Source of the DNA: Flavobacteriales bacterium UBA1531
Lineage (GTDB): Bacteria; Bacteroidota; Bacteroidia; Flavobacteriales_D; Sanyastnellaceae
NCBI GenBank assembly: GCA_002323795.1
Contig: DCPZ01000057.1
Coordinates: forward strand, 23,845-87,844
Reading direction: 5' to 3'
DNA: 64,000 nt
The translations under genes and the position numbers were made by a program. Positions 29,088 through 38,602 of the stretch are shown piece by piece. The notes under the pieces were generated by a model. The model saw only the letters and a program-made list of their open reading frames with translations. It was not told the DNA's origin and did no database searches. Within the stretch, counting starts at the first letter, position 1. Every line of letters begins with the position of its first letter.

Positions 29088-29891
29088 TCACAAGGAAGAA
29101 GTTCGGCCTCCATCCACTGGTAAATTCACGCCGGAGATGTAACTCGCTGATGGTGAGGCCAAAAAGGCGATAGCCCTGCCCACTTCATCCGGTTCTCCGG
29201 TGCGTTTCATAGGTACAGCATTCGCCATTTGCTGTCGAATCTTGTCTGCTGGGGTGCTTGTTTTTGCTGATTTATTCTCAATGATTTGATCTAATCTGGC
29301 CGTATTGGTAGCGCCGGGCAGGACATTGTTCACGGTGATTCCATAAACGCCGACCTCGTTTGCCCAAGTTTTTGCCCAACTGGCTACGGCGCCTCTGATG
29401 GTGTTACTCACGCCCAAATTGGGAAGCGGTTGTTTCACGCTTGTGCTGATGACATTGATGATTCTGCCGTAGCCTGCACTTTTCATCCCAGGAAGAACGG
29501 CTTGAGCCAAAATTTGATTGCAAACGAGGTGCTGCTCGAATGTATTTCGGAAGGCATCAATTTCGGCGTTGACAATGGGGCCCCCTGCAGGACCTCCTGT
29601 GTTATTGACGAGGATGTGGATTATTTCCTTTTTAACGACGGTTTGGATGGCGCTATGTACATGATTAGGGTCGCTAAAATCTGCTACGGCGAAGGCATGA
29701 TTCGCGGGTCCAGGCAGATTAGAAAGCGCTTTTTTGAGGCTTTCCTCGTTGCGTGCTAACAATATGATTCTCGCACCTAAACCCGCGAGATGCGAGGCAG
29801 CAGCCCAGCCAATGCCTTGTGTTGAGCCACATACGACCGCAGTTTTCCCCGAGAGATCGAGTGGCATCCATTCCTTGTGTTCATTTGACAT
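29088..29891 (-). CDS. SDR family oxidoreductase
   Basis: Rossmann motif VCGSTQGIG, NNTG, and an SDR-length protein (267 aa). Confidence 0.8.
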   Translation of the reverse strand: MSNEHKEWMPLDLSGKTAVVCGSTQGIGWAAASHLAGLGARIILLARNEESLKKALSNLPGPANHAFAVADFSDPNHVHSAIQTVVKKEIIHILVNNTGGPAGGPIVNAEIDAFRNTFEQHLVCNQILAQAVLPGMKSAGYGRIINVISTSVKQPLPNLGVSNTIRGAVASWAKTWANEVGVYGITVNNVLPGATNTARLDQIIENKSAKTSTPADKIRQQMANAVPMKRTGEPDEVGRAIAFLASPSASYISGVNLPVDGGRTSSL

Positions 29892-29933
29892 GCAGCGAAT
29901 TTAGGACAGCAGGGCTCAAATCATGCTGTACAT

Positions 29934-30350
29934 TTGAAACACACGCGAATGATTATGAAACGAATCGAACACATCGGCATTGCCGTCAAAGACTTGGAGG
30001 CGGCAGAGCGCATTTTTGAAGACATTCTTGGAGAGCCCGCCTTCAAACGTGAACACGTTCCTTCGGAGTCTGTAAACGTGAGCTTTTTTAAAACAGGTGA
30101 GAGCAAGGTGGAATTGCTGGAGTCGACTCATGCCGACGGACCGATTTCGAAACACATTGACAAACGCGGAGAAGGTTTGCATCACTTGGCTTTTGCCGTT
30201 GATGATTTACAAGCTGAAATTAATCGGTTGCAAAAGCGGGGATACCGGATCGTTAGCGGACCGAAGGAGGGGGCCGATCAAAAGATGATTGCATTTCTTC
30301 ACCCGGCGGATTCATCTAAAGTTCTCGTTGAGCTCTGTGCTCAGCGATGA
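29934..30350 (+). CDS. methylmalonyl-CoA epimerase (VOC family)
   Basis: KRIEHIGIAVKDLEAAERIF and GEGLHHLAF. The real start may be the ATG at 29949 or 29955. Confidence 0.8.
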   Translation: MKHTRMIMKRIEHIGIAVKDLEAAERIFEDILGEPAFKREHVPSESVNVSFFKTGESKVELLESTHADGPISKHIDKRGEGLHHLAFAVDDLQAEINRLQKRGYRIVSGPKEGADQKMIAFLHPADSSKVLVELCAQR

Positions 30351-30364
30351 GCGAAAAGCATTGC

Positions 30365-31273
30365 TTAGCCCTTGCGACGGCGCTTGTTAATTTTTCGCTG
30401 CATGGCGGGCTCGAAGAGCGGCATGGTTTCGTTTTCTAAGTTTTTTCCGGCACATGAAATGTCGGGTTTACGGCGCAGAAAGTCCCAATTGAGCGTGATG
30501 TGTGCAGAGCGAAATTTTCCTTCGTAGCGATCAATCAGTCCGCCACCATCTGCGGCGAAGGGCGAGAGTTGCAACGCATCGGTCTGAGCAATGATTCGTA
30601 AGTAACGGCCCGCTCTCGTTCGCACGCCGAAGCCTAGTCCTAATTCCAATGCCAATCTATGATTCGTTGGTGTTTGTCTTCGAACGAAGCGATGAGAGGG
30701 TCCAGATCGATTGAAGGTCCGGCTCCACTCTGCATCCCACCCTAGACCCATCTGGGCCTCCAAGAAAAAATCAGGCCTCAGTTCAATGGCGCGATGAAGC
30801 CGTAACGTCAATTCTGAAACCATTCCCGAAGCGCTGAGGTCGGTGAGCGTATCAGCAATCAGCGCATTTGTTGAGTCCGCAACATTTCCGATGAATATGG
30901 ATTCTGCTCGGTGCCTTCCTCCCTCTAATTGGACGCTTATCCGATCCCATAGAATTGGCCGCTTGACAACGTGCCAATAGCCTATGCCAAGCCTCGGACC
31001 TATGGAGCCTTGGTGATTCCAATGTCCTGAGTGCAGGGTGTCGATTTGCCCGATTTCATTGACCACTGTAAGCACAGATAGGGATTCTTGCGGGCTCGCT
31101 CGAAGCCAATGTGCACCGGCACCGAACGTCCATCCGCTGCCCCGAAATTGACTGCGCTGTGCATCAAAAAGAATGTCTGACTGACCCAGGGCAGATGGGA
31201 CAATTGGGATGAACGCAAGCCATAAGAATGCAATGAAGCCAAAACATTCAAACGCTGATTTGTCATGGCTCAT
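30365..31273 (-). CDS. hypothetical signal-peptide protein with beta-barrel-like sequence and a basic C-terminal tail
   Basis: The start MSHDKSAFECFGFIAFLWLAFIPIVPSALGQ overlaps the KMO stop (ATGA). Alternating-hydrophobic strands (LGIGYWHVV, LALELGLGFGVRT, SAHITLNWDF) are followed by a tail ending KINKRRRKG. Confidence 0.55.
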   Translation of the reverse strand: MSHDKSAFECFGFIAFLWLAFIPIVPSALGQSDILFDAQRSQFRGSGWTFGAGAHWLRASPQESLSVLTVVNEIGQIDTLHSGHWNHQGSIGPRLGIGYWHVVKRPILWDRISVQLEGGRHRAESIFIGNVADSTNALIADTLTDLSASGMVSELTLRLHRAIELRPDFFLEAQMGLGWDAEWSRTFNRSGPSHRFVRRQTPTNHRLALELGLGFGVRTRAGRYLRIIAQTDALQLSPFAADGGGLIDRYEGKFRSAHITLNWDFLRRKPDISCAGKNLENETMPLFEPAMQRKINKRRRKG

Positions 31274-32670
31274 GCTTTGGCTTCCCAAGCTTGAATGATC
31301 TCTTCAAAAAGTTCAGGGGTATTCCAGTTTTCGGCCAAACCAGGACGGTCGAGAATGGATTCCATGATAGCATCTTGCTTCCTTCCAGAGGCCAACGCCT
31401 GTTCGTAGGGGGTATGGCTAAAAGTGACCTGCGAATAAAGCGGTAACCACCGACCGGGGTACTTTACAGCCATTTGCGCTTCGATTTTTTTACGCAACAA
31501 AAACCGCGGATCTCCCGTCTTGTCGCGCATTTCGATGTAGTTTCTGAGAGCGAGTTCGAGGATGGCATCACCTGACGGTTTTCGCGATGCCGAGTATTGC
31601 TCAAAAACACTTCCCCAATCGGCAGTATCAGACATATCATCGATTAATTCACTCAACACGGAACAATCTTCCATGCCGCTGTTCATGCCTTGTCCGTAAA
31701 AAGGAACAATGGCATGTGCCGAATCTCCCATCAGGCAGACGCGTTCGCCTTTATGCCAAGGATTGCAGCGCGTCATCACAAGAGAACTGGTCGGATTGGA
31801 TAGCCACTGCTCGGCATAATCAGGCACCAGTGGAATCACATCGGCAAAGTGCGTTTCAAAGTATTTGCGAACTCGGGTCTCTTCTTCCAGGTTGTTCAGG
31901 CCATTGTTGCCCTCGTATGGAGCAAACACGGTGCATGTAAATGTTCCATCAGGATTGGGCAGTGCCATGAGCATAAATTCCCCTCTGGGCCAAATGTGCA
32001 AAGCGTCGGATTCCATTTTGAAGTCTCCACTTGGTTCGGGTTTCATTTCGATTTCCTTGTACCCATGGGTCAAGTAGCGTTGCTCAAAATCAAAACGATC
32101 AGTTCGGGTCATTTTCTGACGCACTGCACTGAACGCACCGTCAGTTCCAAATACGCGGTCGAATTTTTGTTCAGTTTGCTGGTCATCTTTATCACGGAGA
32201 ACGACGCGCGCACTTGTTAGGTCTACATCTTCGCATTGATGTCCAAAATGGTAGGCGACATCGCTGTGCAACTCACTTTTTTCAACCAGAAGTTTATTCA
32301 GCAATCCCCGGGAAACGGAATAAATGCATTGCGGATCACCAAACAATCCATTTTCGTTGGGTAGTCCATATGGTTGCCTCGTCAGCGTGCCATTTGTAGC
32401 GTGCATTGTACGATGAGTAATGGGCAGTGCAATCTTTCTCACTTCTTCTGCAATTCCGGCCTTTTCTAACGCTCTCCAACCTCTGTTGCTGAGCGCAAGA
32501 TTGATGCTTCTGCCGCCTTTGTAGGATCCAACGCGTGGGTCTGGGCGCCTTTCAAACACATCAACTCGATGCCCTCGTTGGGCCAGCATCAGTGCCCAAA
32601 GGCTGCCGACGAGACCAGCTCCTATGACTGCCATGTGTTCAGCAGGGATGGTGGACTTGATTGGTGTCAT
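31270..32670 (-). CDS. kmo: kynurenine 3-monooxygenase (FAD-dependent)
   Basis: MAVIGAGLVGSLWALMLAQRGHRVDVFERRPDPR and GGRSINLALSNRG resemble bacterial KMO. I took the start at MTPIKST (ATG 32670), 4 nt after the upstream stop. Confidence 0.85.
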   Translation of the reverse strand: MTPIKSTIPAEHMAVIGAGLVGSLWALMLAQRGHRVDVFERRPDPRVGSYKGGRSINLALSNRGWRALEKAGIAEEVRKIALPITHRTMHATNGTLTRQPYGLPNENGLFGDPQCIYSVSRGLLNKLLVEKSELHSDVAYHFGHQCEDVDLTSARVVLRDKDDQQTEQKFDRVFGTDGAFSAVRQKMTRTDRFDFEQRYLTHGYKEIEMKPEPSGDFKMESDALHIWPRGEFMLMALPNPDGTFTCTVFAPYEGNNGLNNLEEETRVRKYFETHFADVIPLVPDYAEQWLSNPTSSLVMTRCNPWHKGERVCLMGDSAHAIVPFYGQGMNSGMEDCSVLSELIDDMSDTADWGSVFEQYSASRKPSGDAILELALRNYIEMRDKTGDPRFLLRKKIEAQMAVKYPGRWLPLYSQVTFSHTPYEQALASGRKQDAIMESILDRPGLAENWNTPELFEEIIQAWEAKA

Positions 32671-32674
32671 GTAT

Positions 32675-33844
32675 TCAGCGCATTGCTTTTTGCATCGCTT
32701 GGTCGAGATCTGCAATCAAATCGTCAGCGTCTTCAACACCAACGCTGAGGCGGATAAAGCCGTCGGAAATTCCAAGTTCTTCTCGAATTTCAGCAGGGAC
32801 ACTTGCATGGGTCATGGCGGCGGGATGTTCAATCAGTGATTCGACACCGCCGAGTGATTCAGCAAGGGCAAAGAGCTCTGTGGACGCTACGAAATTCATT
32901 GCTTGGTCAAGGTTGTTGCCAGCTAATTCAAAGGCGATCATGCCACCAAAATCGTCCATCTGGCGTGCAGCAATTTCATGTCCCGGATGATCCTCAAATC
33001 CGGGCCAGTAAACTTTTCCAACATTGGCATTTGCTCTGAGCCAATGCGCGATTTTCCGCCCGTTGAGGCAGTGCCGTTCAATGCGGAGGTGCAGCGTTTT
33101 TAGACCGCGCAGCACCAAGAACGAATCAAATGGTTGAGCAATTGCACCACAGTTATTTTGAATGGTTCGCAAAGCAGCGTCTACTTCCTTGTCTTTCGTG
33201 ATCAATGCGCCCATCACGACATCACTGTGTCCGCCCATGTACTTCGTGACGGAGTGCATGACAATATCAGCTCCGTGCTCTAGTGGGCGCTGGAGCATGG
33301 GCGATGCAAAGGTGTTATCCACTGCCAACAGAACACCTCGAGGGTTTGTGAGTTTTGCAATTGCAGCGATATCTGTGATTTGCATCAGTGGATTCGTTGG
33401 ACTCTCGAGCCAAACCAATCTGGTTCGATCGTTCATCGCAGCTGCCACCAACTCAGGGTTCTGTGTATCTACGAAGTGAAACACCAAGCCCATGGGAGCA
33501 TGATTGGCACGAAATAAGCGCGCCGTTCCACCATATAAATCTTGACCCGCAATGATTTCGTCTCCGGGCTTCAAGGTTTTGAGAACCGCATCAATTGCAG
33601 CTAGGCCAGAAGCAAATGCGAGGCCATGTGTTCCTCCTTCGAGTTCTGCAAATGCGGACTCCAAGGCCGCACGTGTTGGATTCGAACTTCGTGAATACTC
33701 CCAGCCTTTGTGGACGCCAACGGCCTCTTGAATGTAGGTTGAGGTCTGAAAGATTGGGGTCATAATCGCCCCGGTAGATGGGTCCGGTTCAACCCCAGCA
33801 TGGACCGCTCGGGTGCCTTTGCCAATTTTTTTATTTGCTTCCAT
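32675..33844 (-). CDS. Cys/Met-metabolism PLP-dependent enzyme (cystathionine gamma-lyase / gamma-synthase / beta-lyase family)
   Basis: YSRSSNPTR, ESPTNPLMQITDI and the PLP-lysine region HSVTKYMGGHSDV. Exact specificity cannot be assigned from sequence alone. Confidence 0.85.
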   Translation of the reverse strand: MEANKKIGKGTRAVHAGVEPDPSTGAIMTPIFQTSTYIQEAVGVHKGWEYSRSSNPTRAALESAFAELEGGTHGLAFASGLAAIDAVLKTLKPGDEIIAGQDLYGGTARLFRANHAPMGLVFHFVDTQNPELVAAAMNDRTRLVWLESPTNPLMQITDIAAIAKLTNPRGVLLAVDNTFASPMLQRPLEHGADIVMHSVTKYMGGHSDVVMGALITKDKEVDAALRTIQNNCGAIAQPFDSFLVLRGLKTLHLRIERHCLNGRKIAHWLRANANVGKVYWPGFEDHPGHEIAARQMDDFGGMIAFELAGNNLDQAMNFVASTELFALAESLGGVESLIEHPAAMTHASVPAEIREELGISDGFIRLSVGVEDADDLIADLDQAMQKAMR

Positions 33845-33857
33845 AGTGAGTTCAAAG

Positions 33858-34985
33858 TTAAGGAGCAGTACATGGTTCCCGCAGTGGATGTTGATTTCGT
33901 GTCTTTAGTAGCCAACGAGGGAGCGTAAAAGCGCCGAGGATGAGGTACAAGAAATACGTAGCGATGCGCCAAATCAGTATGACGACAGCAATGTACGCGA
34001 CCCCCATGAGATCGGATGTGACAGCAGCCAATCCAAGTTCGGCAGCACCTGATGAGCCTGGGGTTGGGCTGATTGTCAATACCAGCCATAATATCAGTTG
34101 ACGTGCGATTAATGCCACATGTGGAATGCTCTCGTAAAAAATCAGAAAGACCATATTCAGTGTTGTGAAGCGAGCGCACCAGCTCACGCAAGTAGCGAGA
34201 AAGGCACGACTCCAAAACCAACGATCTGAGTTTCGCATTGCATCGGATGCCTCCAATAAATCATCTGCCCATTGCGCAATGCTCTTCTTCCACCGTCGAA
34301 TGAGAGTCCATTTACTCGCGTGTAAGAGGTTTTTGTGGGTGGCTTGTGGTCGAAGGATCAATCCCCATAGAATGATCGCGGTCAAACTGGCGATGAAAGC
34401 ATAGGCCACTCCAAAAAGACCCGGCAGCCTGACTTCGAGGGATTGTATTCCGCTCGACATGGTTGGGAAGATTGAATGATCAGTGAGCAAAGCGAAACCA
34501 AACATCAGTGGAACCGCCAGCAAATAGAAAAGCTCGTCCATCAAAGCCGTAGTGAACACGGTTGCCAGGCTTTTTCCCCAGCGCATGCCTTCCCTTTTCA
34601 ATATCCAAACTGCCGCTGCCGAGCCACCAACGACGCTCGGAGTCAATGCTGAAGCAAGTTCCCAAAGGATGATGCTTTCGAAAGATTGACGCCACGACAA
34701 CCGCCCGTGTGAGAGAATCCGCAGCCGATAGATGTAGCCCAAGTCACGCAATGCGATGCACGCTATTAGGCCGATTATTGCTGCAGTTGCGCGGTCGCTC
34801 CATGTGAAGGAATGCAACAGTTCCAAGGGGCCCATAGAATGCTGCGTTACTGGATCGATGATGTCTTGCTTAAGCCACCACCAAGTCACCGAAACTGAGG
34901 AGGCTGTGCCGATTAAAACGGGCCAAATCCATCGTTGCCAGCGAAACGGTGTAGAGCTCGAATCGGTTGTCTCAAGCATAGACAT
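33858..34985 (-). CDS. UPF0104 / lysylphosphatidylglycerol-synthase-TM-like (flippase-like) membrane protein, paralog 1
   Basis: Polytopic protein with LRDLGYIYRLRILS and LWELASALTPSVVGGSAAAVWILKREG, both typical of the family. The start is at ATG 34985 or 34979 and overlaps the radical SAM stop (34972-34974). Confidence 0.75.
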   Translation of the reverse strand: MSMLETTDSSSTPFRWQRWIWPVLIGTASSVSVTWWWLKQDIIDPVTQHSMGPLELLHSFTWSDRATAAIIGLIACIALRDLGYIYRLRILSHGRLSWRQSFESIILWELASALTPSVVGGSAAAVWILKREGMRWGKSLATVFTTALMDELFYLLAVPLMFGFALLTDHSIFPTMSSGIQSLEVRLPGLFGVAYAFIASLTAIILWGLILRPQATHKNLLHASKWTLIRRWKKSIAQWADDLLEASDAMRNSDRWFWSRAFLATCVSWCARFTTLNMVFLIFYESIPHVALIARQLILWLVLTISPTPGSSGAAELGLAAVTSDLMGVAYIAVVILIWRIATYFLYLILGAFTLPRWLLKTRNQHPLREPCTAP

Positions 34986-36015
34986 GGCTGCCTTCCGAAC
35001 AATTTTGGCACATTTCAATGCTCGATCGAGCATGAAAGATTTGTGAGCGGAAGGCGTCATATTGCTCGCTAAACCAGATGCTTTTGAATGACTTGTCTCC
35101 GAAGGTGCCCATTGCATGTTCGGCGTCTTTGTCAAAGCAGCACGGCACGATACGTCCGTCCCATGTCATTACGCACCCCTGCCACATCCTCCAGCATTCA
35201 TCATGGAAGGCATTGCGAATCGACCACTTACCCTCAGAATTTCGGTGGTAGCGTCGAAGGTTGGGGTTTTCCGTGAGTAAAGGGTGGCCGTCCTTGGGGG
35301 CATCAATTTGCGCTGTTTTGACGACCAATTCGTCTACGCCGATTTCCTTGGCCATGGATTGAATTTCGCTCAGCTGATGTTCATTTGGACCGACGACCAA
35401 GAACTGCCAAACAACATGCGGCAGCCCGCCTTTAGATTTTTTTCTGGCGCGCAACATGTTTTCGGTTCCTTCAAGAACCTTATCCAATTGTCCCCCCACT
35501 CGATACGAGGAATAGGTCTCCTGTGTTGTTCCGTCGATGCTGATAATCAGTCGATTCAATCCGGATTCTACAATCGTTTGGCAGCGTTCAGGCCGCAAGA
35601 AATGGGCATTGGTTGACGTGGAGGTATAAACGCCGTGCAATCGCCCGAGGTTTACCAACTCATCCATTCCTTTGTGCAAATAAGGTTCGCCTTGAAAGTA
35701 TAGATTCAGGTAAGCCAAACGCGGCCCGACTTCCTTCATCAATTCAGCTAACAGTTCGGTTTGCAACATGCCTGTTGGCCGAGTAAATGAGCGTAAGCCC
35801 GAGGGGCACTCCGGACAGCGCAAATTGCAGGAAGTGGTTGGCTCCACACTCAAACTCATCGGCCATGCTTTTTGTTGAACTGTTTTGCCTCCTTGCATTG
35901 CTCGAAACCCCCGGTGCAATGCCCAAGCATTCTGAATTCGCTTCGCATTGAGCGGTTGCATGCGCCGCCATCGGTCCTGAATCACACGATTCCCTTTTTG
36001 CCACCCATTCCGCAT
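34972..36015 (-). CDS. radical SAM protein with C-terminal SPASM/twitch-like Cys-rich domain
   Basis: CNLRCPEC (CxxxCxxC), YFQGEPYL, and a C-terminal cluster CWRMWQGCVMTWDGRIVPCCFD...CQNC. An alternative start is at ATG 35961. Confidence 0.8.
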   Translation of the reverse strand: MRNGWQKGNRVIQDRWRRMQPLNAKRIQNAWALHRGFRAMQGGKTVQQKAWPMSLSVEPTTSCNLRCPECPSGLRSFTRPTGMLQTELLAELMKEVGPRLAYLNLYFQGEPYLHKGMDELVNLGRLHGVYTSTSTNAHFLRPERCQTIVESGLNRLIISIDGTTQETYSSYRVGGQLDKVLEGTENMLRARKKSKGGLPHVVWQFLVVGPNEHQLSEIQSMAKEIGVDELVVKTAQIDAPKDGHPLLTENPNLRRYHRNSEGKWSIRNAFHDECWRMWQGCVMTWDGRIVPCCFDKDAEHAMGTFGDKSFKSIWFSEQYDAFRSQIFHARSSIEMCQNCSEGSHVYA

Positions 36016-36082
36016 GGTATCAAAGTTAACTCTTCCAGTTCTTCTTGCGGTCGTTCGGGTTGTACGATTTAATTTCGCTCAT

Positions 36083-36667
36083 ATGATTGCATTGAGAGAT
36101 ACGTTGATTTCAGAGGATGTTTTTGAAGCCATGTTTGCATGTGATCTTTCCAAATGCAAAGGTGCTTGCTGTGTAGAGGGAGAAAGCGGAGCACCATTGG
36201 CTGAGTCCGAGCTCGAAAAAATTGAGGATGTTTTTGAGACCATCAAGCCGCATTTGCGACCTGAGGCGATCAAAGTCATTGAGCAAGTGGGGCTGTTTGA
36301 AGTGGATCATGACGGCGAATATGTGACGCCCATCATCGATGGGAAGGAGTGTGTTTATGCAACGTTTGATGCAAACGGGACGGCCAAGTGTGCATTTGAG
36401 CAGGCTTGGCGCCGTGGAGAAACCCAATGGCCTAAGCCAATTTCCTGTCATTTATATCCGGTTCGGATCAAAGAACTTCAGGATTTTTCAGCACTGAATG
36501 TCCATGAATGGCCCATTTGCGACGCTGCGCGATCTTGTGGGGTAGCGAGTCAAACCAATGTTCTTGATTTCTGCAAGACTGGGCTTGTGCGTCGTTTTGG
36601 CAAGGACTGGTACGACGAAGCCCAAGAGGTCTGTAAAGCCTGGACAGAAGAGCAATCCAAAGGATGA
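36083..36667 (+). CDS. DUF3109-like Cys-rich protein
   Basis: MIALRDTLISEDVF, CKGACCVEGESGAPL and PISCHLYPVRI. I trimmed the start from the track ORF. The stop overlaps the next start (ATGA). Confidence 0.7.
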   Translation: MIALRDTLISEDVFEAMFACDLSKCKGACCVEGESGAPLAESELEKIEDVFETIKPHLRPEAIKVIEQVGLFEVDHDGEYVTPIIDGKECVYATFDANGTAKCAFEQAWRRGETQWPKPISCHLYPVRIKELQDFSALNVHEWPICDAARSCGVASQTNVLDFCKTGLVRRFGKDWYDEAQEVCKAWTEEQSKG

Positions 36668-38181
36668 CCGTTAACAGTCATTCGAGAACACAATCGATGT
36701 TACGGCATCAACTTAACCTCATCAAAGGGGTGCTGCTGAGTTGCATATTTGTGCAGTCTGGCTCAGCTCAATCGGATGATTGGAAGCTCGTTCCTCTGAA
36801 AGGTGTGAATACTTCAAGTGACGAGCTGCTCATTGGCTGGGATGGCACATCTCTCTTTTTCAATCGATTTGATGGGTCTGAACAACGGGGAGGGAGCTCT
36901 GATTGGTTCCAACAAGACAAATCGGCCTGGGAGTCAAGTCGCCTCAACGGATGGTCTCATTTTGACGAACCCAATTCGATTGTGCTTCGGGCTTTTTCAA
37001 GCGCGAACTGGCCAGGGTTTAAAACGATTCAACATGTTGCAATCGATGAGGAGCGTGGGGTGTTGGTAATGAGTGCCACAGTTGCGGGGGGGGATTTTGA
37101 TTTGTACATGGCTCAAGAAGCTGAGAACGGATGGGGCACTCCTAAACCGTTGGTCGAGTTGAACACGGCTGGGGATGAGGTGAACCCCAATTTTGAATCG
37201 GGAACCTTGTTGTTCGCGACCAACGGAAGGAAGGATGGTTTGGGAGGGTTTGATGTTTATGAATCGTTGCGTGCAGATCACTACACCGCTGCAAAACCCT
37301 TTGGAGCGCCGCTGAATTCTGCCGGTGACGAATTGTCTATTGTTTCTGCGGGGTCAACCGAGGACGCGGGGTATTATTTGACCGCTGAGCGTGTGGGAGG
37401 AAGTGGAATGGATTTGTGGTGGGTTGGACCGCCGGCAAAATCACCTGTTGTTGAAGCGGAATTTGCCATGGAATTTCGGTTTGAGCGTTCTCCAATTCCA
37501 GGGTTGGAGGTTGCCTTGCGTGAGCGAGGTGGGCCGCATGTTTTTTCAGGGCAATCAGATGCTCTCGGCCGACTTCGCATTGGAAACATCCAATTGGACG
37601 CAGCGCTGTCGGTGCAGGTGACCCAGCATGGAGGCACGGAGCCAATCCCAAACGGGGCGATTTGCCATGTTTTTGAGCGTTGCCCAACGGGGGAATGTGC
37701 AATTGAATACTGGGAGGGATGGAAACGCGTTCGAAGCTATCGGATGGAAGGCGGTGTGGCATTTGTTTTTGACCTTCTTCCATTGGATCAGATGGGGCGG
37801 TGGCCAAGACCACACAGAGGTGATGCAAGTCGATTGGAAATAACTTCCAAAATGTGGCAAGTGCAATTTGAGAAATCTAGCTTTGAACTGAGCGCAGAAG
37901 ACCGTCAAGAATTGACCGACTGGTTGAAGCGCGCGAAAGATACCGAGGGGCATTGGCCCCATGACCTCGCAATTGAAATCACTGGATATGCCGATGCGAG
38001 CGGCTCGGTTGAATGGAATTTAGGGTTATCAAAAAGACGAGCAGAGCGTGCAAGGGAATTTGTGATTTCATTAGGATTTGACCCAGCGCGTGTCAGATCC
38101 AATTGGAAGGGATCTCATGAATCAAAGGGTGTTTCTGATTTCGACCGAAGGGTCGAGTTACACTGGGTTTCAATCCTCTGA
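36664..38181 (+). CDS. OmpA family protein with PD40/TolB-like repeats
   Basis: Signal peptide, PD40-like repeats, and a C-terminal OmpA domain [29 protein letters not shown]. Confidence 0.8.
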   Translation: MTVNSHSRTQSMLRHQLNLIKGVLLSCIFVQSGSAQSDDWKLVPLKGVNTSSDELLIGWDGTSLFFNRFDGSEQRGGSSDWFQQDKSAWESSRLNGWSHFDEPNSIVLRAFSSANWPGFKTIQHVAIDEERGVLVMSATVAGGDFDLYMAQEAENGWGTPKPLVELNTAGDEVNPNFESGTLLFATNGRKDGLGGFDVYESLRADHYTAAKPFGAPLNSAGDELSIVSAGSTEDAGYYLTAERVGGSGMDLWWVGPPAKSPVVEAEFAMEFRFERSPIPGLEVALRERGGPHVFSGQSDALGRLRIGNIQLDAALSVQVTQHGGTEPIPNGAICHVFERCPTGECAIEYWEGWKRVRSYRMEGGVAFVFDLLPLDQMGRWPRPHRGDASRLEITSKMWQVQFEKSSFELSAEDRQELTDWLKRAKDTEGHWPHDLAIEITGYADASGSVEWNLGLSKRRAERAREFVISLGFDPARVRSNWKGSHESKGVSDFDRRVELHWVSIL

Positions 38182-38248
38182 ACGAACTGCCGATCAAGAT
38201 CCAGCAATTGAAGCGCTATGGTCCTGCTGTGTTTCTTACTTTTGCAGC

Positions 38249-38602
38249 ATGTTGATTACCATGCTACGCGCCAAGTTGCACCGTTTGACGGTGACGCAAG
38301 CGGATTTAAATTACATCGGTTCCATTACGCTTGATCCAGATTTGTTGGACGCAGCTGGATTGTTTGAAGGTGAAAAAGTGCAGATTGTCAACATCAACAA
38401 TGGAGAACGGTTTGAAACCTATACCATTCTTGGAGAGCGTGGGAGCGGACAAGTGGGGCTCAATGGACCTGCAGCGCGACGTGTTCAGGTGGGCGATGTC
38501 ATCATCATCATTGCCTACGGTCACATGACTCCTGAGGAAGCGAAAAGTCATCAGCCAAGACTTGTTTTTCCTGATACGGCCACCAATAAGCTGACATCAT
38601 GA
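38249..38602 (+). CDS. panD: aspartate 1-decarboxylase
   Basis: [29 protein letters not shown] with the Gly-Ser self-cleavage site. I trimmed the start from the track ORF. Confidence 0.92.
   Translation: MLITMLRAKLHRLTVTQADLNYIGSITLDPDLLDAAGLFEGEKVQIVNINNGERFETYTILGERGSGQVGLNGPAARRVQVGDVIIIIAYGHMTPEEAKSHQPRLVFPDTATNKLTS

Noticed and set aside
36016-36082. Search for a RiPP precursor peptide gene next to the radical SAM/SPASM enzyme
   Set aside because: The upstream spacer is only 67 nt, and the downstream gene overlaps the enzyme. No short Cys/Gly-rich ORF is visible in the vicinity.
37337-37828. 163-aa ORF antisense to the PD40/OmpA gene
   Set aside because: The translation is Pro/His/Ala-rich and sits inside a supported CDS, so it is a shadow ORF.
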